58,839 bases of DNA, taken from IMG/VR virus record IMGVR_UViG_3300016476_000412, positions 1-58,839 of that record; one strand, 5' to 3'. This document shows positions 1-9,025 of the stretch, piece after piece. The stretch is from a virus. Lineage: Duplodnaviria > Caudoviricetes. A program made the position numbers and the translations under genes. Positions within the stretch are counted from its first letter, which is position 1, and each line of letters opens with the position of its first letter. A model generated the notes under the pieces. The model did no database searches. It worked only from the letters and a program-made list of their open reading frames with translations, and was not told the origin of the DNA.

Positions 1-18
1 GAGGTCAGTCAGTATCTG

Positions 19-210
19 ATGGCTGGCCCAGAGGGCTGGCCGGAACTTGTCCGTAGGATGTCCAAGCGGACTGAACTGGAGCGCGACCTCGCCTCTCTCC
101 GCCGGGCTGTCTACCAGTATCAGGGCTGTGTCGAGACCGACACGGTGCCCCACTTCACCTCTCACTACGAGATGACCTCGGCCCTTAACCGGATGCGGAA
201 GTATGGGTAA
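19..210 (+). CDS. Small early protein, possibly 5'-truncated by the window edge
   Basis: 63-aa ORF; the frame is open back to position 1; ends SALNRMRKYG (shared C-terminal motif). Confidence 0.6.
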   Translation: MAGPEGWPELVRRMSKRTELERDLASLRRAVYQYQGCVETDTVPHFTSHYEMTSALNRMRKYG

Positions 211-276
211 TGTCGAAACCGGGGATTGCTCCCCGGTCTGTCGTGGTTGGCTACCACGACACTGATGAGACAAGCC
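211..276 (+). ncRNA. Type II hammerhead ribozyme with loop I pseudoknot
   Basis: TGTC(211-214)/GACA(269-272) stem II; GAAA 215-218; stem III CCGGGGA/TCCCCGG; GUC cleavage triplet 236-238; stem I TGTCGTGGT/ACCACGACA; CTGATGA core 262-268; loop GGCT(249-252) complementary to AGCC(273-276). Confidence 0.93.
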
Positions 277-301
277 TCAACTTCAACACACAGGAAACAC
301 A

Positions 302-1294
302 ATGCGTCCTTCCCTTCTCTCTGACACCCTCATGTCCCTGATCCAGATCGGCCGTCCGGTCGTCATCGAGGGTGCACCGGGTGGTGGCAAGACCTCCCTT
401 GTCCGGTCCGTCGCTGCTGCCATGGGTCTGGGCTACATCGAGCGGCACTTGCCCACCATGCTGGTCGAGGACTTCGGCATCCCTGTCTTGGGGGGTGACA
501 CCCTGCGCTACGTCGTGCCGGACTGGTTCCCTGCCAAGGGGTCCAAGTATGACGACGGCATCGGTGGGGTGCTGTGCTTCGACGACCGGAACCAAGCCAA
601 CGCTGACCTCCAGAAGGTGCTGGCTAACATCCAAGAAGCCCGCAATCTCCACGGGGTGCCGATGGCTGATGGCTGGTCTGTCGTCTCCACTGGTAACAGG
701 CAGCAGGATCGTGCCGGGGCTAACCGTGTCCTGTCACACCTCGCTGACCGTGAGACCACCCTTGAGTGGGAGACCCACCTTGATGACTGGTCGTCGTGGG
801 CACTGACCAACGGGGTCCGACCCGAGGTCGTGGCCTTCATCCGCTTCCGTCCCGGTCTGCTCCATGACTTCGACCCGAACCGCAACAAGAACTCCACCCC
901 TCGTTCGTGGACCAACGGTGTCAGCGCCGTCCTTGGCACGGTCCCTGTCGAGGCTGAGTTCGACTGCTTCAAGGGTGCCGTCGGTGAGGGGGCTGCCGCG
1001 GAGTTCATCGGCTTCCTGAAAATCTACCGGAAGCTGCCCAACCCGGATGCTATCCTGATGACCCCTGACACGGCGGATGTCCCGACCGATCCGGCCACCC
1101 TCTATGCCCTGTCTGGTGCTATCGCCACCCGTATCTCCAACGCCAACATTGACCGGGCAATTACGTATCTTAAGCGTATACCAGCAGAGTTCTCTGTGCT
1201 ATGTATGAGCATGGCGGTGCGCCGCGACCCTATGGTGACGTCCACTAAGGGCTTCATCGACTGGAGCGTGGCCCACCAGAGCGTGTTGTTCTAA
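302..1294 (+). CDS. MoxR/CbbQ-like AAA+ ATPase
   Basis: Walker A GAPGGGKT, Walker B-like VLCFDDRNQ, sensor-1 STGN, LADR Arg finger, TPRSW sensor-2. Confidence 0.88.
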   Translation: MRPSLLSDTLMSLIQIGRPVVIEGAPGGGKTSLVRSVAAAMGLGYIERHLPTMLVEDFGIPVLGGDTLRYVVPDWFPAKGSKYDDGIGGVLCFDDRNQANADLQKVLANIQEARNLHGVPMADGWSVVSTGNRQQDRAGANRVLSHLADRETTLEWETHLDDWSSWALTNGVRPEVVAFIRFRPGLLHDFDPNRNKNSTPRSWTNGVSAVLGTVPVEAEFDCFKGAVGEGAAAEFIGFLKIYRKLPNPDAILMTPDTADVPTDPATLYALSGAIATRISNANIDRAITYLKRIPAEFSVLCMSMAVRRDPMVTSTKGFIDWSVAHQSVLF

Positions 1295-1305
1295 GAGGAA
1301 CTGAT

Positions 1306-1917
1306 ATGACCAGACGCATCGACATTTCCGGCCAGCGGTTCGGGAGGTTCACAGTATTAGGCCACGACACTGGCAAGAAGTGGCGGTGCGTCTGTGACTG
1401 CGGCACGGAAGTGGTTGTGGATAAGCAATCCTTACTGTCAGGGAGGAGTAAGTCCTGTGGCTGCTACCGAAGGGAGCACACAATCTCCGTGAGCACCAAG
1501 CATGGCATGACTGGCAAACCCGTGCACCATACGTGGAAGGGTATGCACCAGCGGTGCTACAACCCCAACGCCGGTAGTTACAAAGACTACGGAGCGAAGG
1601 GTGTGACTGTCTGTGAGCGGTGGCATAAATTCGAGAACTTCTACGCTGACATGGGCGACAAGCCCGATGGTTATTCCATAGACCGCATCGACCCGACTGG
1701 TAACTACGAGCCGAGTAACTGCCGGTGGGCCAGCAAGAAGGTGCAGTCCCGGAATAAGCGCAACAGTATACTGATCGACGGGGTGGCGCTCCGCTACCTC
1801 GCCGAAGAACTGAACATACCCTACACCACACTCTACGGCCGCATATGGAGGGCGAAGCAGCGGGCCGAAGAGGAAGGGACTAGGCTACCCACAACCACAC
1901 AGGGGGCGAAGGGATGA
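1306..1917 (+). CDS. Free-standing HNH (homing-type) endonuclease
   Basis: N-terminal GQRFGRFTV..WRCVCDCG..SKSCGC; RCYNPN..YG..GVTVCERW..F..F..DMG; SIDRIDPTGNYEPSNCRWA..Q.RN; C-terminal HTH-like segment. Confidence 0.85.
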   Translation: MTRRIDISGQRFGRFTVLGHDTGKKWRCVCDCGTEVVVDKQSLLSGRSKSCGCYRREHTISVSTKHGMTGKPVHHTWKGMHQRCYNPNAGSYKDYGAKGVTVCERWHKFENFYADMGDKPDGYSIDRIDPTGNYEPSNCRWASKKVQSRNKRNSILIDGVALRYLAEELNIPYTTLYGRIWRAKQRAEEEGTRLPTTTQGAKG

Positions 1918-2141
1918 CAGGCACCTTTGCCGGGTATCTAATCAAGATCAAGACCATCGACGGTTTTGGCGAGTTGGGCCGTCTGTCGAAGGAGTGGACG
2001 GAGTATCGGGACAGTCGTGACTGGACTGCCAAGATGCTCTCGTTCACGGACTATCTCAAACACAAGTTCCCTGAGCAGGCGATGGTCTACAAAACCTACT
2101 GTCGCCTGACTTCCTACCAACCAACCAACAAGGACACATGA
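1914..2141 (+). CDS. Hypothetical small early protein
   Basis: 75 aa, ATGA overlap with the HNH gene; contains VYKTYCRLTS motif. Confidence 0.7.
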   Translation: MTGTFAGYLIKIKTIDGFGELGRLSKEWTEYRDSRDWTAKMLSFTDYLKHKFPEQAMVYKTYCRLTSYQPTNKDT

Positions 2142-2142
2142 C

Positions 2143-3000
2143 ATGACCACACATCTCTCCGACCGCGCCCTGCTGGTGCAACTCAACATCTCCCAGTGGA
2201 CAGCCCGCAAGCTGGACAAGAAGGCCACCAAGGAGGTGGCTTACAGCAACGGCGCTGCCCGTGAGGCAGGGAACTACAACAAGAAGCTGTTGCCCATGTC
2301 GGACAGCCTCGCCAACATCCACACCATGACGGGCGACATCCGTCGGGAGTTCTATGCCAACACCCTGCCGTGGGGACTGGAGAACACCCACATGCTGCCG
2401 ACCGCGAACTACCTCAACTTCATGACCACCTTCCGCAAGCGGAAGTCGGAGTGGCAGGCTGTGGTGAACAAGTTCCTCACTGACTATCCCTACCTCCAGA
2501 CCAACGCTCAGCGGTTCCTCGGCAAGCTCTACGATCCGGCCGACTATCCCGATGTCAACGACCTGCGGCACAAGTTCAACATGGACCTCGTGGTCATGCC
2601 CGTCCCGACCAATGACTTCCGTGTCCAGCTTGCCGATGATGAACTGTCCACCATCCACGCTGACATCCAGCGCCGGGTCGAACAGTCGTCCGGTCTGGCT
2701 ATGAAAGAGGCTTGGCAGCGCCTTTACGACCATGTTAAGTTGATGTCCGAGCGGCTGGGTAACATGGAGGGTCGGCTCTATGACAGCCTGTTCGACAACG
2801 CCATCGAACTGTGCCGCATCCTGCCGCGCCTCAACTTCACCGATGACCCCCACCTTGAAGCGATGCGGACCGAGGTGGAGACCAAGCTGGTGGGTCACAG
2901 CAAGGAAGCTATCAAGGGCAGCCCGGTGCTTCGCAAACAGGTGGCTGACGAGGCTGCCGACATCATGGCCCGTATGGGTGCTTTCATGGGAGGGGTGTGA
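2143..3000 (+). CDS. Conserved helical phage protein (DUF3150-like)
   Basis: 285 aa with SD and strong codon bias; resembles proteins usually found beside MoxR AAA/VWA pairs; family call from memory. Confidence 0.55.
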   Translation: MTTHLSDRALLVQLNISQWTARKLDKKATKEVAYSNGAAREAGNYNKKLLPMSDSLANIHTMTGDIRREFYANTLPWGLENTHMLPTANYLNFMTTFRKRKSEWQAVVNKFLTDYPYLQTNAQRFLGKLYDPADYPDVNDLRHKFNMDLVVMPVPTNDFRVQLADDELSTIHADIQRRVEQSSGLAMKEAWQRLYDHVKLMSERLGNMEGRLYDSLFDNAIELCRILPRLNFTDDPHLEAMRTEVETKLVGHSKEAIKGSPVLRKQVADEAADIMARMGAFMGGV

Positions 3001-3001
3001 G

Positions 3002-3445
3002 ATGGGGTATCGCAGCGACGTGGCCATCGGCATGTCGTTCAAGAACAGGGAGGCGCTCGTCGCCTTCCTGTCGGCTGTCCGGTTGGGTGACGCTATACCG
3101 TCTGAGGAACTCGATCAATACGAGGTGACCGATGCGGGGGAGTTGGGTGTCCTGCTTCACGCCAACTTCTTGGGTGTCAAGTGGTATGACAGCTACCCCG
3201 ATGTGAAGTGTCACCATAACCTGTTGGACATGGCGAGGGAGCGCGGTGCAGGCACGGCGTTCATCCGCATCGGGGAGGAATATAACGACATCACCTATGA
3301 GATCGACATGGCCGACGTTGACCTCGATCTATATGACTTCTTCGGTGTCAGCCGTCAGGTTACCTATCCCGAGGATGGCACCGCTATCGCAGACTACATG
3401 AAGGACACGACATGTCAGACATCTACAGCAACATCGACGAGATGA
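3002..3445 (+). CDS. Hypothetical protein (MGYRSDV... type)
   Basis: ATG at 3002 just after the previous stop, GGAGG SD; KWYDSYPDV and FIRIGEE motifs. Confidence 0.75.
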   Translation: MGYRSDVAIGMSFKNREALVAFLSAVRLGDAIPSEELDQYEVTDAGELGVLLHANFLGVKWYDSYPDVKCHHNLLDMARERGAGTAFIRIGEEYNDITYEIDMADVDLDLYDFFGVSRQVTYPEDGTAIADYMKDTTCQTSTATSTR

Positions 3446-3741
3446 TCGACCTGTGTGGTCGCAAGATCGAGTTGCTCCGGCAACTAAAGAAGGGACTGAT
3501 GCTGGCAGAGATGATCGGCATCCCTGCCAAGGACATCAAGGGGAAGCTGTCGCATGGTGTCACCAGCTACGGCACCCCGCTATACGCCAGACCATGGAAG
3601 ACGGAGGAGTTCGTTGTCCGTCTCGATGGTGAGGAGGTGTATAGGAAGAAGTTGATCGACGTGCCGCAGGATTTCTGGCCCGTCGAAGTGCTTGCCGAGT
3701 ATAAGCGTTACGTTAAGCGCACTCAGAAACCCAAGGAGTAA
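3412..3741 (+). CDS. Hypothetical protein
   Basis: 109 aa, AAGGA SD, fills operon gap. Confidence 0.7.
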   Translation: MSDIYSNIDEMIDLCGRKIELLRQLKKGLMLAEMIGIPAKDIKGKLSHGVTSYGTPLYARPWKTEEFVVRLDGEEVYRKKLIDVPQDFWPVEVLAEYKRYVKRTQKPKE

Positions 3742-3746
3742 CACAC

Positions 3747-4874
3747 ATGCAGTCCATGGAAACCCTCAAGACCCGCCTCGCCAAGGCCAAGACCAGCCTC
3801 GTGCTGGAGCACCCCTTCGTCGGCACCATCGCTCTGGGTATGCCGCACACCTACTCCGACGCCGTGCCCACCGCTGCCACCAATGGCAAACGTGTGCTCT
3901 ACAATCCCAAGTTCGTGTCCGATCTGACCGACGAGGAACTCAAGTTCCTTGTGGCCCACGAGTGTATGCACCCCATGCTGGAGCATAACTTCCGCCGTCA
4001 GTCCCGCGAACCCAAGAAGTGGAACATGGCTGCCGACTATGTCATCAACCAGCTTCTGACTGACGAGGGCATCGGCAAGTTCATCGAAGGCGGCTGCCTC
4101 AACAAGGCGCTCTACGACGCCGGACAGGGTGTGTCCGAGCAAATCTACACCCTGCTGCCCGATCAGGACGGCGACGGTGAGGGCAACGGTCCCGGCGGCA
4201 CTGGTCAGGACCTTGAGGACGGCGAAGGCACCGCCTCTGAGCAGGCTGCACAGGCTGCCGAGTGGAAGGTCAAGGTGGCGCAGGCTGCACAGGCTGCCAA
4301 GATGATGGGTAAACTGTCGGCTGGCATGGCCCGCCTTGTCGATGACATCCTCAACCCCACCGTGGACTGGCGTGATGTGCTCATGCGCTTCGTCGTCAAG
4401 CACAAGACCGATGACCGCAGCTTCTCCCGCCCCAACCGTCGCTTCCTGTCGCAGGGCCTCTACATGCCGAGCCGCAGCGGGGAACGGATGGGTCCGATTG
4501 CCTTCCTCGTGGACTGCTCCGGCTCTGTCGATGACGAGCAGCTTGCCCAGATGGCAGCCGAGGTTCGCATGGTGCACGAGGACTTGCATCCTGAGAAGTT
4601 GCACGTCGTATACTTCGACGCCGAGGTCACGCACTACGACTGCTTCCTGCCGGATGACACTGTGCAGATCAGCTTCCACGGTGGCGGTGGCACCGATGTC
4701 CGTGCTGCCTTCGACTACCTCGATGCGCAGGGTATCTCCGAGACGCTGGCTTGCACCATCGTGCTGACCGACGGCTACACCCCCTACCCCGACGGGTTCA
4801 ACACCCCGGTGATCTGGGCCATGACCACTGACATGAACGCCCCGTTCGGTGAGCACTGCCGGGTCAAGGTGTGA
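3747..4874 (+). CDS. Putative metallopeptidase plus VWA-like domain protein (DUF2201-like)
   Basis: TAATNG, HExxH (AHECMH), WNMAADYVIN; C-terminal MIDAS DCSGS, GGGGTD, VLTDGY. Confidence 0.88.
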   Translation: MQSMETLKTRLAKAKTSLVLEHPFVGTIALGMPHTYSDAVPTAATNGKRVLYNPKFVSDLTDEELKFLVAHECMHPMLEHNFRRQSREPKKWNMAADYVINQLLTDEGIGKFIEGGCLNKALYDAGQGVSEQIYTLLPDQDGDGEGNGPGGTGQDLEDGEGTASEQAAQAAEWKVKVAQAAQAAKMMGKLSAGMARLVDDILNPTVDWRDVLMRFVVKHKTDDRSFSRPNRRFLSQGLYMPSRSGERMGPIAFLVDCSGSVDDEQLAQMAAEVRMVHEDLHPEKLHVVYFDAEVTHYDCFLPDDTVQISFHGGGGTDVRAAFDYLDAQGISETLACTIVLTDGYTPYPDGFNTPVIWAMTTDMNAPFGEHCRVKV

Positions 4875-4875
4875 C

Positions 4876-5136
4876 ATGGAGGATCAGCGCACAGTTCCCT
4901 TCGCAGGCACCCCGCTCAAGGCGGGGTGCGCCCTTGTCGCCCAAGACTGGGAGAACACCGCCAACGTCTGGGTTGTCGATGCGGTGGGTGAGAACGGCAC
5001 GGTCATGTGCCACTGTCCCTTCGATACCACTCGCGCCGATACCTTTATATTCACCCCGTCCGACAAAGAGTGGATCGGTCCCGATGTGCAGTCGGTGCTG
5101 TCCTACCTCAAGCTGATGGGGATCAGAGCACGATGA
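4876..5136 (+). CDS. Hypothetical small early protein
   Basis: ATG 4876 right after the VWA gene stop; ends VLSYLKLMGIRAR. Confidence 0.65.
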   Translation: MEDQRTVPFAGTPLKAGCALVAQDWENTANVWVVDAVGENGTVMCHCPFDTTRADTFIFTPSDKEWIGPDVQSVLSYLKLMGIRAR

Positions 5137-5444
5137 CACGCAACGCAAGACGGACCGCCACCCCGTGGCGGCGGCGCTACATGGTGCAGACATGGCCGCA
5201 TCGGCACAGATTTGAGGTCGTGCTTGTCAGGGGTCGGGCGAAGCGGACACCCGATGGCAACCACAAGATCATGGTCAAGACCAACGCCCAGAAGTGGGAG
5301 TGGTATACCGTGTCTGGCTATGCGGACTTCGATCATCCACGGCGCAAGTTCTACAAAGCGGAGGAACAGGGCGAGATGCTGGCTTACATCGCCGCCCTTC
5401 GGATGCAGGGTCACACCCTTATCGGAACGGTGCCGTCATGGTAG
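5133..5444 (+). CDS. Hypothetical small early protein
   Basis: ATGA overlap at 5133-5136; contains LAYIAALRMQG. Confidence 0.65.
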   Translation: MTRNARRTATPWRRRYMVQTWPHRHRFEVVLVRGRAKRTPDGNHKIMVKTNAQKWEWYTVSGYADFDHPRRKFYKAEEQGEMLAYIAALRMQGHTLIGTVPSW

Positions 5445-5734
5445 ACTTCCCTGAGGGCTATGGCTTTGCGCCGGGACAGAAGGCGAGGGTCATGCAGGAC
5501 AGCTTCGCCGCTCTCGTCGGTGTGTTCACCGTCGAGAGTCACTTCCCATACAACAAGCGGCGCAGTCGTTCGCCCTACACATTCAAGGAGATAGGGGCGG
5601 TGCAGAAGGAGGCCGGGAACCCCACGATCCGTGGTATCCTGCTTGGTAAGGACGACACGCCCGTCATCGAAGGCACATTGCAGCAAGTCGTGACTGCCTT
5701 GTGCACATTACATCGCATCAGAGGAGGTAAGTAG
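5438..5734 (+). CDS. Hypothetical small early protein
   Basis: ATG 5438 overlaps the previous stop; ends TALCTLHRIRGGK. Confidence 0.65.
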   Translation: MVDFPEGYGFAPGQKARVMQDSFAALVGVFTVESHFPYNKRRSRSPYTFKEIGAVQKEAGNPTIRGILLGKDDTPVIEGTLQQVVTALCTLHRIRGGK

Positions 5735-5991
5735 TGGACCCGTCTATCGTCGTAGCTATGCTTGCACTGATCGTAGCCGGTTGTTATATTGTGTTCCTAC
5801 ATCATCAGTTGGTGGATGCGGAGCAAGCCTGCGAAGAAGCAGAGGAAGCACTTGAGGCAGCGGATAACGCTGTCACTATGTATCAACAAGTTCTCACCGA
5901 CGTAGCATACAAACAAGCAACTCTTGAGGTTCTCCCCAATGGACAGATCGTCGCAACAAAACTCGCTGATCGAGAAGTATCGCTACATTAA
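5734..5991 (+). CDS. Membrane-anchored coiled-coil protein
   Basis: GGAGGT SD, GTG start; hydrophobic N-terminal helix followed by an acidic Ala/Glu coiled coil. Confidence 0.65.
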   Translation: MDPSIVVAMLALIVAGCYIVFLHHQLVDAEQACEEAEEALEAADNAVTMYQQVLTDVAYKQATLEVLPNGQIVATKLADREVSLH

Positions 5992-6547
5992 CGTCGAGTT
6001 CCACGACTGGTGGCAAGACGTATACTCCGAGTTCACGGAGGACATGAAGGAAGTCGGCATTGCTGTAGAGCGCATGTATTTCTCCGGCTTCTGTTCGCAG
6101 GGTGACGGTGCCTGCTTTGTCGGGTGCTTCGGTAACACCCGCACCTACCTTGACAAGCACCACGTCGATCAGTTCCCCATGATCCGCAAGCTGTTGGATC
6201 ACGGCGGCGATGTGTATGCGACCAGCAGACATAGCGGGCACTACTACCACAGCCACAGCACCACCATCATACTAGAGGGTGACGCCTTCTACAACTGCAT
6301 CGAGTCCAAGTCCGAGTTGCAGGACAAGGTCATCGAACAGTGGGACGAGTTGCTTCTCAAGGAGATGTCTGACCTTGAGACTGCCGTCACCGACCAGTGG
6401 CGGGCATACATGGACGAACTCTATGACAGGCTGGAGAAGGAGTATGAATACCTGACGAGTGACGATGCGGTGTGGGCAACCATCGAAGCAAACGAACTGG
6501 AGGAAGAAGTGGATGATGACGAGGATGATTATGATCGAGCCGCCTAA
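5939..6547 (+). CDS. Highly acidic conserved phage protein
   Basis: GAGGT SD; DWW..VY..F, FSGFCSQGDGACF, LY..LEKEYEYLTSD motifs; D/E-rich tail. Confidence 0.75.
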   Translation: MDRSSQQNSLIEKYRYINVEFHDWWQDVYSEFTEDMKEVGIAVERMYFSGFCSQGDGACFVGCFGNTRTYLDKHHVDQFPMIRKLLDHGGDVYATSRHSGHYYHSHSTTIILEGDAFYNCIESKSELQDKVIEQWDELLLKEMSDLETAVTDQWRAYMDELYDRLEKEYEYLTSDDAVWATIEANELEEEVDDDEDDYDRAA

Positions 6548-6806
6548 GATACTGGCAGTATGCGACATGTGCTGGGAACATAACCAAGAGGCGTCGTGTT
6601 TCCCAATCAAGGACATCATGTGGTCCAACATGCACAGCAAGTGGCTCTGTGATTGTTGTTGGGAGGAGCATGACTACGATGATGCTGAGGTGGTAAATGA
6701 TCTGCCACCACGGGTTGATGCCTATGCCAGTGATGTCGTGGACAACTACGAAACTATGAAGCAACGGCTGATCGTTGCCATGACAGCAAGGCGTTTGGGA
6801 GTATAA
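6531..6806 (+). CDS. Small Cys-rich (zinc-finger-like) protein
   Basis: GAGG SD; CDMC...CDCC; ends VAMTARRLGV. Confidence 0.65.
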   Translation: MIEPPKILAVCDMCWEHNQEASCFPIKDIMWSNMHSKWLCDCCWEEHDYDDAEVVNDLPPRVDAYASDVVDNYETMKQRLIVAMTARRLGV

Positions 6807-6809
6807 CAC

Positions 6810-7595
6810 ATGACACAGATCACTACCTACAAGCAGGCCGAGGAGTTCTTTGCCAAGGCCCGCAAGAAGGACGCAGGTCGTCCGCTCGGTGTCGTCGGAT
6901 GGCGGTTGTTCTGCAACGACGATATCTACAGCATCAACTACAACGACAAGACGTTCGCCACCATCCACCCCAACAACCACCTCGTGTTGACGGGTGTCGA
7001 TGTGTCTAACGGCATGGTCATCGGCGCGTCCAAGGTGCTGCCCATCATGGTCGTGTATCGTTCGACCGACAACTATCGGGTGCATATCCGTAGGGCAGGT
7101 AAGGCGAAGAACACATACGGTGCCTATGGTCTCACCAGCTTTCGTGACTGGCGCACTGGCGGGCTGCGCTACATCAAGAACCTGACCATCAACCTGACCA
7201 ACCGTCAGTCGGTGGACTATGTGGAACCTGTGCGGACGGTGGACACCGACGCCCGCAAGCAGTGGCTGCGTGACAGCGACCGTGTGAAGAAGCACCTCAA
7301 GACCATCGTCAAGTTGGGTGGGTTTGTCCCCCTGCTGGAGGCGCTGCCCAACCTCCGCTGGCAATACCGCACCATTAACTGCCAGCCGGACTCGCCTGAC
7401 CTGAACATCATGCTGACCGCCCTTGCTGGCGGTGACATGCAGCCCCTTGTGCAGCGGGTGGCAGAGCACATGCGCCGTTCGTCCTACACCAACCCCCCCG
7501 ACACCGAGTTCCAGCTTGGTGTCATCGACGCCATCTTCACCAACAATAGCGTTGCCCTGCGCCGTGCGCTGGGCGTCATCACTTCGGAAGTATGA
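6810..7595 (+). CDS. Hypothetical protein
   Basis: 261 aa, GGAG SD, genome-typical codon usage. Confidence 0.75.
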   Translation: MTQITTYKQAEEFFAKARKKDAGRPLGVVGWRLFCNDDIYSINYNDKTFATIHPNNHLVLTGVDVSNGMVIGASKVLPIMVVYRSTDNYRVHIRRAGKAKNTYGAYGLTSFRDWRTGGLRYIKNLTINLTNRQSVDYVEPVRTVDTDARKQWLRDSDRVKKHLKTIVKLGGFVPLLEALPNLRWQYRTINCQPDSPDLNIMLTALAGGDMQPLVQRVAEHMRRSSYTNPPDTEFQLGVIDAIFTNNSVALRRALGVITSEV

Positions 7596-8158
7596 GGACC
7601 ATCATGCAACAGACCCTTGCCGTGCCGACCGAGGCGCGGATCATCGTCGCCAATGTCCTGTCCTCCGGCGCAGCTTTCGCTGCTCGGATGGACAATGGGG
7701 AGAACTGCTACGTCCCTGTGGCAGTGTCCCAATCTGTGGGTGCCAAGATCGGCGACGAGTTGACCGCCAAGATCGTGCCCAACCGCTACACCGACAAGGT
7801 CGAGCGGACCCCGTGGCTTGTCGTGCACCTCGTTGTCCCTGCACAGGCGGCGCTGCCGATGGCTGCTGTCCCCCAACCTGTGCGTCAGACCATGCCGATC
7901 TACGACCGGGTCCATGCCGTGCTGCAAGGCGGCGGTGTGTGGACCGTGGCTACCGTGTTCGAGGAACTGTTCCCCGGCGAGAGCCGGATGGGCGGGGCCG
8001 ACGACTACAGCGCCGTGAACAACGCGCTGCGGAAGCTGTTTAACGAGGGCAAGTGTTCGAAGTTCAACCTGTGGCGCAACGTCACGCAACTGAAAGCCAG
8101 CAAGGAATGGTTCACCTGCTTCCCCGAGAGGGCAGACGTGGACGAATGGGAGGAATGA
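7592..8158 (+). CDS. Hypothetical protein (possible OB-like plus winged-helix domains)
   Basis: 188 aa, ATGA overlap. Confidence 0.65.
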   Translation: MRTIMQQTLAVPTEARIIVANVLSSGAAFAARMDNGENCYVPVAVSQSVGAKIGDELTAKIVPNRYTDKVERTPWLVVHLVVPAQAALPMAAVPQPVRQTMPIYDRVHAVLQGGGVWTVATVFEELFPGESRMGGADDYSAVNNALRKLFNEGKCSKFNLWRNVTQLKASKEWFTCFPERADVDEWEE

Positions 8159-8159
8159 C

Positions 8160-8375
8160 ATGGAATACTGGACCATCATGTGGATCACGGTGCTGAGCGG
8201 GTATCTGGACGGCTCCATCGTGGCCGTGCCGTATGAGACCTTGGCGCAGTGCGAGGCTGCGTTGCAGTCTGTCAGCAACACGCTGCCCTATGACCACAAC
8301 ATGATCTGCGAGGAGACACCGACGCCGTCCAAGTCGATGCGTCCGAAGCCCCGGCCGGAGGGACTAGGCGAATGA
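8160..8375 (+). CDS. Small exported or membrane protein
   Basis: Hydrophobic N-terminus, two Cys, C-terminal SMRPKPRP. Confidence 0.65.
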   Translation: MEYWTIMWITVLSGYLDGSIVAVPYETLAQCEAALQSVSNTLPYDHNMICEETPTPSKSMRPKPRPEGLGE

Positions 8376-9025
8376 TAAGGGCGGCACCAAAGGCGGCGAA
8401 CAAGACAGCACATGTCATCGCAGGATGCGACATGTGCGACACAATAACGGAGGTAAAGACAGCATACGAGCGGAAGAACGGAACCTTCCGCCCGAACGAA
8501 GGGCAGGTCATCCAGAAGCTGACGCATAACGGATGGTCATACATCAAGGGGCGTTTGCTCTGCCCCACCTGTGAAGAACAACGCCGTGCAACAACCAACG
8601 TAAACATAGAGGTAGACATCATGACCACCACCGAAGAACCGAAGCAGCCGTCCAGAGAACAGAAGCGTCAGATCGTGGCGCTGTTGACCGAAGTGTATGA
8701 CACCAAGACCGGGTGCTATACCGGGGGCGAGACTGACAAGACCGTGGCCGACACCATCGGCGGTGGTGTCATGCTGGGGTGGGTGTCCCAGATCAGGGAG
8801 GATTTGTTCGGACCGGACGGCAACGACGAACTCAACGACCTGAAAGAGGAAGTCGCTGCCCTCACCAAGGCGACCGCCGATGTGGCGAAGAAGTGCAGCG
8901 AAGATATTCAGAGCGCACTGTCTGCGCTGCGGGAATACAACGGGCTGCGCCAGACGCTGGCTGACCTTGAGACCCGGGTCAACAAGTTGAAGAAGGCCAT
9001 CGGCCCTCGCGCTGAGAAGGTGTAA
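8372..9025 (+). CDS. Zn-ribbon plus coiled-coil protein
   Basis: CDMC...CPTC followed by a helical/coiled-coil C-terminus. Confidence 0.65.
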   Translation: MIRAAPKAANKTAHVIAGCDMCDTITEVKTAYERKNGTFRPNEGQVIQKLTHNGWSYIKGRLLCPTCEEQRRATTNVNIEVDIMTTTEEPKQPSREQKRQIVALLTEVYDTKTGCYTGGETDKTVADTIGGGVMLGWVSQIREDLFGPDGNDELNDLKEEVAALTKATADVAKKCSEDIQSALSALREYNGLRQTLADLETRVNKLKKAIGPRAEKV

